Below the pieces are notes generated by a model. That model made no database searches and was not told where the DNA came from. It worked only from the letters and a program-made list of their open reading frames with translations. DNA of 64,000 nt from an uncultured Candidatus Saccharibacteria bacterium. Lineage in GTDB: Bacteria > Patescibacteriota > Minisyncoccia > Phycocordibacterales > UBA9973. This document shows, in pieces, positions 8,865 to 16,396 of the stretch. The stretch covers positions 1,788 to 65,787 of the forward strand of contig CAZKPK010000002.1 of the NCBI GenBank assembly GCA_964554645.1, written 5' to 3'. Within the stretch, counting starts at the first letter, position 1. Every line of letters begins with the position of its first letter. Position numbers and translations under genes: made by a program.

Positions 8865-10361
8865 ATGCGAGATAGAATTTTTTATGCAATTTGTTTTGGT
8901 TTTATTTTTGGGGTGCTTTGGCGCTCTTTTTTGTTTGTGAATTTTCACTTTATTGTTTTACTGGGTGTAATTTCTTTTGTTTTATTTTTATTTTTTAGTT
9001 TTATTTCAAGAAATAACTGGGGAATAATTATCTCTGTTCTGGTTCTGACATTCTCACTTGGAATTTTTCGTTTTCAGATGGTTGATGTTCCTGCGCCTAA
9101 TATTTTCGAATCACACGTAGGGAAAAATGTTTCTTTTTCTGGAAAAATTATCGATGAACCAGATATGAGAGAAAATAATCAAAAATTAACTATTGAGGTA
9201 GAGGTTGGTGAAAACCCACGCCAAGGCGGGGCAAGCAAAACAAAAATTTTAGTCACGGTTAATTTTGATGAGGATTTTAGATATGGAGATGAAGTTAGTT
9301 TTTCCGGGACATTAAAAAAACCGGAGAATTTTGTAACCGATCAAGGCAAGGATTTTGACTATCTAAATTATTTAAGGAAAAACGGGATTCATTACGTGAT
9401 GAATTACGCAGAGGCTGAAATTATTTCACGGGACCATGGAAATAAAATTAAAAGCGTCCTGTTCTTTGTGAAAGAAAAATTTTTGGAGAAAATCAATTTT
9501 GCTATTAAAAATCCTGATAATTTGCTAATGGGCGGGCTTATTTTAGGAGAGAAAGCGTCTTTTAGTCAAGAGTTGCGACAGAAATTTATCGATACTGGCA
9601 CGATCCATATTGTGGCGCTTTCCGGATACAATGTGACGATTGTCGCTGAATGGATTATGAAAATATTCGCGTTTTTGCCTCGCAATCTCGGCTTTGGCGC
9701 GGGCCTTCTCGGAATTTTGCTTTTTGTCGTGATGGCCGGCGGGCAATCTACCGCTGTCCGAGCTGGGGTGATGGCGTCTTTAGCGCTTATTGCGCGCGCG
9801 ACCGGCCGGAATTACGATGTCGCGCGCGCTCTTCTTCTGGCAGGCGTAGCAATGATTTTGTTAAATCCTTTTATTCTCGTCTATGATGTTTCTTTTCAGC
9901 TTTCTTTTATCGCGACAGTCGCCGTGATTTTTCTGGCGCCGAGAATTGAAAAATATTTTTTATGGGCGCCAGATTATTTTAAACTTCGGGATATTATATC
10001 AGTGACTTGCGCCGCTTATATTTTCGTTTTGCCTTTTATTTTATACAAAATGGGCAATCTTTCTTTAGTTGCTTTGCCGGCCAATATTTTAATTCTTCCT
10101 TTCATACCAATCACGATGATTTTCGGGTTTTTCACCGGTTTGGCGGGACTTATTTCATACATATTTGCCGTGCCATTTGGCTTTGTCTCATATTTGTTTT
10201 TGCATTATGAACTTTGGGTTGTTGATTTTTTCTCTAGTCTTCCGTTTGCTTCTTTTTCTCTTCCCAATTTTCCGCTTTTTCTCACAATTTTAATCTACCT
10301 CTATTTTATTTATAGACTTTTTGGGAGGAACATCAAAAGTTTTTTTACTGAATTCCAATAA
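8865..10361 (+). CDS. comEC: ComEC/Rec2 DNA-uptake channel: N-terminal and competence (membrane) domain, encoded separately from the MBL domain
   Basis: The protein is polytopic, with many hydrophobic helices. Its ...GTIHIVALSGYNVTIVA... region is typical of the ComEC Competence domain, and its 498-aa length fits that domain alone. Confidence 0.7.
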   Translation: MRDRIFYAICFGFIFGVLWRSFLFVNFHFIVLLGVISFVLFLFFSFISRNNWGIIISVLVLTFSLGIFRFQMVDVPAPNIFESHVGKNVSFSGKIIDEPDMRENNQKLTIEVEVGENPRQGGASKTKILVTVNFDEDFRYGDEVSFSGTLKKPENFVTDQGKDFDYLNYLRKNGIHYVMNYAEAEIISRDHGNKIKSVLFFVKEKFLEKINFAIKNPDNLLMGGLILGEKASFSQELRQKFIDTGTIHIVALSGYNVTIVAEWIMKIFAFLPRNLGFGAGLLGILLFVVMAGGQSTAVRAGVMASLALIARATGRNYDVARALLLAGVAMILLNPFILVYDVSFQLSFIATVAVIFLAPRIEKYFLWAPDYFKLRDIISVTCAAYIFVLPFILYKMGNLSLVALPANILILPFIPITMIFGFFTGLAGLISYIFAVPFGFVSYLFLHYELWVVDFFSSLPFASFSLPNFPLFLTILIYLYFIYRLFGRNIKSFFTEFQ

Positions 10362-10372
10362 AACTTGTTGCA

Positions 10373-10465
10373 GGCGTACTTTTTAGAAAGCCTTGCGCAG
10401 GCGGACGCGCCGAGCAGTTCGCTGGCATAGCAATGCCAGATAGATTGCTTTATAAAAAGTATGCC
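10373..10465. repeat. GC-rich palindromic module (outer 19-bp imperfect stem plus inner ctggcat...atgccag hairpin) at a convergent gene junction
   Basis: The core GTTCGCTGGC-hairpin-GCCAGATAGATTGCTTTATAAAAAGTATGCC is repeated in inverted orientation at 36359-36413. Both copies lie between convergent 3' ends. Confidence 0.5.
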
Positions 10466-10556
10466 AAGAAAGAGTTTTATTGAATTGAACCTTTTTTAAA
10501 TTTTCCTCTACAACAACTTCCCCCGCCTTCGCTAAAGCTACGGACGGGCAGGCAGT

Positions 10557-11159
10557 TTAAGATGTTGCCTCAATAAAGTTTTTCTCAATAATCTCCCAGT
10601 TGATGTTGTCGAAGAATGCGTCAACATATTTTTTCTTATCGGTCGCATAATCTAGATAAAAAGAATGTTCCCACATATCAATTCCAAAAATCCATTTGAG
10701 TCCGGTCAAGTGTCCGAGATGTTGTTCATCAATCCAAGCATTGAGAAGTTTTTTATTGATTGGGTCATAATAAAGCACTGCCCAGCCGATGCCTCGGGTC
10801 ATCGCGATTGTTTTGAAGCGCGCGAACCAAAGGTCAACACTGCCCCATTCTTCGATCATCGCTTTTTTGAGCGGACTTTCTCCCTGCATTGTTTTTGCTC
10901 CACCTTCTAAACTTTTGAAATAATATTCATGATTTCTCATTCCATCAAATTCAAAAGCGAAACGGCGTCCCAATTCACCCACCACATACGGCGCAAATGT
11001 GTCTTCCTTTGCATAACCTTCATATTCTGGGATTTTTTCCAAAATTAAATTAGCATTTTTCACATAACCGGCATAAAGTTTCAAATGCTCTTCGATTGTT
11101 TTTTTTGAAATACCCTTTAGCTCTCCAATCTTGAATTTCATTTCTTCAAATTTTTTCAT
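10557..11159 (-). CDS. Fe/Mn-family superoxide dismutase-like protein
   Basis: The C-terminal GIDMWEHSFYLDY motif matches the SOD DxWEHAYY motif. The N-terminal helical region contains the conserved His, and the 200-aa length fits. Confidence 0.65.
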   Translation of the reverse strand: MKKFEEMKFKIGELKGISKKTIEEHLKLYAGYVKNANLILEKIPEYEGYAKEDTFAPYVVGELGRRFAFEFDGMRNHEYYFKSLEGGAKTMQGESPLKKAMIEEWGSVDLWFARFKTIAMTRGIGWAVLYYDPINKKLLNAWIDEQHLGHLTGLKWIFGIDMWEHSFYLDYATDKKKYVDAFFDNINWEIIEKNFIEATS

Positions 11160-11173
11160 GCTAACATTATAAC

Positions 11174-12049
11174 ATGATTAGGAATTTTAAAAAACACAGT
11201 CTGTTAGTTTTTACGTTTTTTCTTCTTTTCATCACTATGTTTCTTTTTTATCTTGATTTTCGAGGTTTCGACAAAGGTTTTACTTTTGCGATGCTGGATA
11301 TCGGTCAAGGCGATGCGCTTTTTATAGAGTCACCGACTGGAACACAGGTGTTAGTGGATGGAGGACCGCCGAGAAAAATATTAAGCCAGCTCTCGCGAGT
11401 TATGTCGCCCTTCGATCGCACAATTGATGGCATCATTATTACTAACCCGGACCAGGATCACATTGGCGGATTTTTGGACGTTTTGAAAGTGTATAAAGTA
11501 GATAAAGTATTTGAGCCCGGCACCTACAATGATTCCAAAACTTATCAGAATCTCAAGACAGAAATAAAAAATAAAAACATTCCCAATATTTTAGCGAGAA
11601 GAGGAATGCGGCTGAATATCGGCGGCGGGGCAGTGATTGATATTTTATTTCCCGACCGGGATGTTTCCACTTGGGCTAATAATGATGGTTCAGTTGTTGC
11701 TAAACTTACCTACGGCAAAACTTCCGTAATGCTTACCGGTGATGCTACGACCGAAACGGAGAAAATAATTTTAGCGGAAAATCCTAAAGCGATGTTAGCA
11801 AGCACTATTTTAAAAGTCGGACATCACGGCTCGCGCACTTCCACTGGTTCTGCATTTGTGCAAGCGGTGACCCCGACTTACGCGCTCATTTCCGACGGCA
11901 AGGACAATAAATATGGGCATCCGCACCAAGACATCTTGAATACTTTAGAGAGATTAGGTGTAAAGATTCTCCGAACTGATATTTTAGGGACAATCATATT
12001 ATCTTGTGATAAGATGGGTACATGCGAGACAAGCAGGTGGAAAAATTGA
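11174..12049 (+). CDS. ComEC C-terminal metallo-beta-lactamase (MBL) domain protein, encoded as a separate ORF
   Basis: After an N-terminal TM helix it reads MLDIGQGDALFIE...VLVDGG...IIITNPDQDHIGG, the HxHxDH-type MBL motif. This is the ComEC lactamase_B-like domain. Confidence 0.7.
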   Translation: MIRNFKKHSLLVFTFFLLFITMFLFYLDFRGFDKGFTFAMLDIGQGDALFIESPTGTQVLVDGGPPRKILSQLSRVMSPFDRTIDGIIITNPDQDHIGGFLDVLKVYKVDKVFEPGTYNDSKTYQNLKTEIKNKNIPNILARRGMRLNIGGGAVIDILFPDRDVSTWANNDGSVVAKLTYGKTSVMLTGDATTETEKIILAENPKAMLASTILKVGHHGSRTSTGSAFVQAVTPTYALISDGKDNKYGHPHQDILNTLERLGVKILRTDILGTIILSCDKMGTCETSRWKN

Positions 12050-13266
12050 TAAAGGCGGAAGAGAAACGACAACGGGAAGGCTTGGAACTCATTCCCTCTG
12101 AAAATTATGTTTCCGAAGATGTTTTGAAGGCGAACGGTTCTGTGTTCACTAATAAATATTCTGAAGGTTATCCGGGCCGGCGTTACTATGGAGGACAGGA
12201 TTTTACCGATGCGGTTGAACGCCTGGCGATTGAACGCGCCTGCAAGTTATTCAACTGCAAGTTTGCTAATGTCCAGCCGCACTCCGGCGCCCCGGCCAAC
12301 TTGGCTGTTTATGCCGCGTTGCTTGAGCCCAGAGATACAGTCTTGGGTATGGATCTTTCCCATGGAGGACATTTGACTCACGGACATCCAATGACTCTTC
12401 CGGCGAAGATTTATAAATTTGTCGCGTATAAAATGAAAAATCTGGAGACAGGAGAGATAGATTATGCAGAGCTTCGCCGAATAGCCTTAGAAAAAAAACC
12501 AAAAATAATTCTCGCTGGTTTTTCCGCCTATTCCCGAACGCTGGATTACAAAAAATTTGTGGAAATTGCCCGGGAAGTTGGCGCTATTACGATGGCGGAT
12601 ATGGCGCACATTGCCGGGCTTATCGCCGCCGGGGTTCTGCGCAATCCATTTGCTGATGGTTTTGATATTATTACTTCCACTACGCACAAAACTCTTCGCG
12701 GTCCAAGAGGAGGCATCATCCTTGTTCGCGAGAATGAAGAAATCGCCAAGAAAATTGACAAAGCAATTTTCCCCGGTATCCAGGGCGGTCCGCATATGCA
12801 CATTATTGCCGCCAAAGCCGTTGCCTTTGGAGAAGCAATGACGCCGAAATTTAAAAAATACTCGCAACAAATTTTGAAAAACGCCAAGGCAATGGAAGAA
12901 ATCTTGCGCAAGAATAATATTCGCATGATCGGTGGCGGCACCGACAATCATCTGATTTTAGCGGACGTTTTTGGTTCTCTGGGGGTGACCGGCAAAGAAG
13001 CGCAGACGGTGCTGGATGAAGTAGGTATTACGCTTAATATGAATGCGATTGCGGGGGACACCAGAAAACCTCTTGATCCTTCCGGTATCAGATTCGGCAC
13101 TCCGGCCATTACCACCCGTGGTTTTAAAGAGAAAGAATGCGCAAAAGTAGCCGAGCTGATGATTAAAGTTTTAAAAAACAAAGACAATGAAAAAATAAAA
13201 GAATCCGCGCGCCAAGAAATAAAAGCTTTAGCCAGAAAGTTTCCGATACCAAAAAGATTTGTGTAA
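12022..13266 (+). CDS. glyA: serine hydroxymethyltransferase
   Basis: It has LELIPSENYVS and the THKTLRGPRGG PLP-lysine region. Its 414-aa length fits. Confidence 0.9.
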   Translation: MRDKQVEKLIKAEEKRQREGLELIPSENYVSEDVLKANGSVFTNKYSEGYPGRRYYGGQDFTDAVERLAIERACKLFNCKFANVQPHSGAPANLAVYAALLEPRDTVLGMDLSHGGHLTHGHPMTLPAKIYKFVAYKMKNLETGEIDYAELRRIALEKKPKIILAGFSAYSRTLDYKKFVEIAREVGAITMADMAHIAGLIAAGVLRNPFADGFDIITSTTHKTLRGPRGGIILVRENEEIAKKIDKAIFPGIQGGPHMHIIAAKAVAFGEAMTPKFKKYSQQILKNAKAMEEILRKNNIRMIGGGTDNHLILADVFGSLGVTGKEAQTVLDEVGITLNMNAIAGDTRKPLDPSGIRFGTPAITTRGFKEKECAKVAELMIKVLKNKDNEKIKESARQEIKALARKFPIPKRFV

Positions 13267-13271
13267 AAATT

Positions 13272-13970
13272 ATGTTAAAAAATAAAAAAGTAATTGTGAT
13301 AACGGGCGGGAATAGCGGATTAGGAAAGGCCACCGCGAAAATTTTGGCTCCGAAAAATTATGTTGTAATTTTGGGCAGAAATGTAAAAGAAGTTGAAAAA
13401 ACTGCCCAAGAATTTAAATGCGATGGCATTATTTGCGATGTTACCGATGCCGGGCAGGTGAAAAACGCGTTTGCCCAAATTATAAAGAAGTACAAAAAAG
13501 TCGACTGCCTGATAAATTGCGCTGGAGTTTGGATCAAGGGTCCGGTTGAAGAAAATAGTCCAGAAGAGATTCGGAATGCTATTTTGGTGAATACTTTCGG
13601 GTCAATTTTGACCGTTAATATTTTAGTGCCACAGTTGAAAAGACAGAAACATGGCAGAATAATAAATATTATTTCTCAATCTGGCCTGAATATAAAAAAA
13701 GATCGGTCTGTTTACTATGCTTCAAAGTGGGCAATGACTGGTTTTATAAAATGTCTTAAATTGGACCTTACTCCTTTCAATATCAGTGTGGTAGGATTTT
13801 ATCCGGGATTTTTTCATACGGGTATTTTTGAAAAGGCCGGAGATTCTAAGACAGATTTTAGCACTGCAATGCCTGTCGAAAAACCAGCCAAAGCCTTGGC
13901 GTATCTAGTTGACGCTGATGACGATTTAGTGGTTAATACTTTAGAAATACAATCTATAAAACAAATCTAG
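13272..13970 (+). CDS. SDR-family short-chain dehydrogenase/reductase
   Basis: It has a TGGNSGLGKA Rossmann motif and a YYASKWA catalytic YxxxK. Confidence 0.75.
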   Translation: MLKNKKVIVITGGNSGLGKATAKILAPKNYVVILGRNVKEVEKTAQEFKCDGIICDVTDAGQVKNAFAQIIKKYKKVDCLINCAGVWIKGPVEENSPEEIRNAILVNTFGSILTVNILVPQLKRQKHGRIINIISQSGLNIKKDRSVYYASKWAMTGFIKCLKLDLTPFNISVVGFYPGFFHTGIFEKAGDSKTDFSTAMPVEKPAKALAYLVDADDDLVVNTLEIQSIKQI

Positions 13971-14006
13971 TTACTTTACTTAACTAAAGTGAAATAAATT
14001 TTAATT

Positions 14007-14699
14007 ATGACTCGAGGAAAATTGATTGTGATAGACGGCACAGATAGTAGCGGCAAAGCGACCCAGACAGAGCTTTTGATCAAGCATTTGAAACGCGATG
14101 GTTGCAAGGTTAAAATCGTTGATTTTCCAGATTATTATTCCAATTTTTTCGGCCAATTTATCGGGCACTGTCTTTCCGAGCAGTATTTCAATTTCGTGAA
14201 AGTGCATCCGAAGATTGCTTCAGTGCTTTACGCGGCGGATCGTTTTGAATCAAAAGACAGAATTAAAAAATGGCTATCCGAAGGAAATATTATTATTGCC
14301 AATAGGTATGCCAGCGCCAATCAAATCCATCAAGGCGGGAAAATTGCAGATATAAAGAAGAGGGAAAATTTTTTAAGGTGGCTGGCCAAGATGGAATACG
14401 AAGTCTTTAAAATTCCAAGACCGGATGCCGTGTTTTATCTTTCGGTGCCGATTCCCATAGTCTTGAAATTGATTCGCGCGCGGAATCAGCAGCGCCACCG
14501 AAGTTACTTGGGGAAGAAAAAAGATGTGCATGAAAAAGATGTAAAATTTTTGGAAAATTCTCGCAGAAGCGCGCTTTGGCTTGCTAAAACGCAAAAGGGC
14601 TGGATTAAAATAGAATGCGCAAAGGATGGCAAATTGGAAACTCGTGAAAATATCCACCAAGAAATTTATGAAAAAGTTAAAAAAATCATTAAAAAATAA
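14007..14699 (+). CDS. tmk: thymidylate kinase
   Basis: It has the IVIDGTDSSGKAT P-loop, the LYAADR motif and the DRY-like region NRYASANQIHQGG. Confidence 0.75.
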   Translation: MTRGKLIVIDGTDSSGKATQTELLIKHLKRDGCKVKIVDFPDYYSNFFGQFIGHCLSEQYFNFVKVHPKIASVLYAADRFESKDRIKKWLSEGNIIIANRYASANQIHQGGKIADIKKRENFLRWLAKMEYEVFKIPRPDAVFYLSVPIPIVLKLIRARNQQRHRSYLGKKKDVHEKDVKFLENSRRSALWLAKTQKGWIKIECAKDGKLETRENIHQEIYEKVKKIIKK

Positions 14700-15258
14700 A
14701 AAACCGGTTACAATTTTTATTTATGGCCCTATGGCGGTAGGGAAGCTTACTGTAGCAAAAATTTTGAGCAAAAAGCTTGAATACAAAATGACGCATAATC
14801 ACTCTTTGAATGATTTGGTAGACGAATTATTTATACGTGGCACTTATGTACGAAATGCCATGGTTGAACGCTTGAGATATAACCTATTAGAAAATGCAGT
14901 CAAAGCAAAAATTAATTTTGTGACAACTCATTGCTATGCACACAATTATATTTCTCCGACTGGTCTCACGGATCCAAAATATGTGAAGACTTTAGAGAAA
15001 AAACTTACCAAACTTGGCGCAAAATTTTACCCTGTTCATTTAAAAGCAAGTTCTAAGGAATTATTGCGTAGAGTAAATATGAATTCACGTAAAACTTTTG
15101 GCAAACTTATAGATAAGAAAATTATGCATAAATTCATATTAAACAAAGATTGGCAAACTTCTCCCAAATTGAAGAATAATCTTGTCATTGACAATACCAA
15201 TCTTTCTCCACAAAAAGTTTCGGGTTTAATTATCAAACACTTCAAAATAAAAACCTAA
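14668..15258 (+). CDS. P-loop NTPase, putative small nucleoside/nucleotide kinase-like protein
   Basis: It has a deviant Walker A (IYGPMAVGKLT). The likely start is the internal Met at 14668, which overlaps the tmk end. No finer family could be assigned. Confidence 0.3.
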   Translation: MKKLKKSLKNKKPVTIFIYGPMAVGKLTVAKILSKKLEYKMTHNHSLNDLVDELFIRGTYVRNAMVERLRYNLLENAVKAKINFVTTHCYAHNYISPTGLTDPKYVKTLEKKLTKLGAKFYPVHLKASSKELLRRVNMNSRKTFGKLIDKKIMHKFILNKDWQTSPKLKNNLVIDNTNLSPQKVSGLIIKHFKIKT

Positions 15259-15273
15259 TAACCTATTTGATAA

Positions 15274-15295
15274 TAACAAACGGTCGTATACTAAT
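15274..15295. promoter_or_regulatory. 3'-side copy of the paralog-specific direct repeat TAACAAACGGTCGTATNCTAAT, bracketing the PaaX-like gene at 15306-15878
   Basis: The near-identical 22-mer recurs at 15895-15916, on the 5' side of the same gene. Both contain a near-palindromic ACGGTCGT core. Confidence 0.5.
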
Positions 15296-15305
15296 GGCAT
15301 AGATA

Positions 15306-15878
15306 TCAGGAAAGCTCAAATTTTTTTATCAAATGCAGTTCGTTATCAATTTCATCCGCTAAAACGAAACGAATATATTTTCTCGCATTATATAATTCAA
15401 TTAAAAACTCTAGTTCTTTGTTGCACGGATAAGGATGTACGAACACTGATTTTTGCAATTCAATAAAACCAAGTCCATGAAAATGTAATCGTAATGAGTC
15501 TCTCAATTTTCTAATTTTTTCAGGGATATCAAACATAACAATTCTCCACTTTCTATCCCATTCAATCGGTTTTTTTATTTTTAGTTGATCTATATTAAAC
15601 ATAAGTGCTTTCTTTTTTCCATTTTCATTTAAAACCAAAGTCGTTGTTCCATCTTTATTGTGTTTTTCTGAAACTAAATGTGATCTGTAAAGGGAATTTA
15701 TAGCTCTGTTTAAAGCACGGCGTTCTATATTTTTAAACTCTTTCGGTATTTGACGCAAAATCCAGAAGTGTCTTTTTACTGATCCGTTTAAACCAAGCGC
15801 AATACCGGCCAAAAGAAGTATCATAACTTTTTTCTTTACTATACCCATTCTCATATTTTTATTATTTTTATTTCCCAT
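15306..15878 (-). CDS. PaaX-like winged-helix transcriptional regulator (paralog 1 of 4)
   Basis: It has the motif WDRKWRIVMFDIPEKIRKLRDSLRLHFHGLGFIELQKSVFVHPYP. From memory of E. coli PaaX this matches WDGKWLLLLSEGLDKSTLADVKKQLIWQGFGALAPSLMASP. An N-terminal wHTH-like region is also present. Confidence 0.6.
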   Translation of the reverse strand: MGNKNNKNMRMGIVKKKVMILLLAGIALGLNGSVKRHFWILRQIPKEFKNIERRALNRAINSLYRSHLVSEKHNKDGTTTLVLNENGKKKALMFNIDQLKIKKPIEWDRKWRIVMFDIPEKIRKLRDSLRLHFHGLGFIELQKSVFVHPYPCNKELEFLIELYNARKYIRFVLADEIDNELHLIKKFELS

Positions 15879-15894
15879 ACTTTCATTATACCAT

Positions 15895-15916
15895 TAACAA
15901 ACGGTCGTATGCTAAT
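15895..15916. promoter_or_regulatory. 5'-side copy of the direct repeat for PaaX-like paralog 1, in the divergent promoter region shared with dut
   Basis: See the entry for 15274-15295. Confidence 0.5.
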
Positions 15917-15972
15917 ATCGAATTATGACTAGTTGGTTTTGGGCGGGGAAAGATATATAATAAAACGATAAA

Positions 15973-16395
15973 ATGATAATCAAAATCAAGAAACTGAAAG
16001 AGAAGGCAAAACTGCCGAAGTATCATCATCCGGGAGATGTGGGGATGGATTTATATGCGATGGAGACGGTGACGATAAAGCCCGGTGAGCATTATCGTTT
16101 CTGGCACGGCTTTGCGCTGGAATTTCCGGAAGGTTATGGGGCTATTATTATGGATAAAGGCAGTATTTCTAAAGCAGGATTTGCTCATATGGGCGGAGTC
16201 TATGATGCGGGGTATAGAGGCGAATACAATACGCTTTTAGTAAATTTATCGGACAAGAGTTATACTTTTGAAGCGGGTGATAAAGTTTCGCAACTGGTGA
16301 TTATCCCGGTGGTTATTGGAAAGTTAAAAGAGGTTGAAAAATTGAATGCATCTGCTCGCGGTGAGGGAAAGTTTGGAAGCACCGGCAGAAAATAA
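15973..16395 (+). CDS. dut: dUTP diphosphatase
   Basis: A 140-aa protein with the dUTPase motifs (HPGDVGMDLYA, GVYDAGYRGE, SARGEGKFGSTG). Confidence 0.85.
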   Translation: MIIKIKKLKEKAKLPKYHHPGDVGMDLYAMETVTIKPGEHYRFWHGFALEFPEGYGAIIMDKGSISKAGFAHMGGVYDAGYRGEYNTLLVNLSDKSYTFEAGDKVSQLVIIPVVIGKLKEVEKLNASARGEGKFGSTGRK

Positions 16396-16396
16396 T

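Noticed and set aside
16346-16396. The upstream extension of the argS ORF (MHLLAVRESLEAPAENN...) overlapping dut
   Set aside because: The ATG at 16397 immediately follows the dut stop and starts the conserved ArgRS N-terminus, so the extension is likely non-coding overlap.
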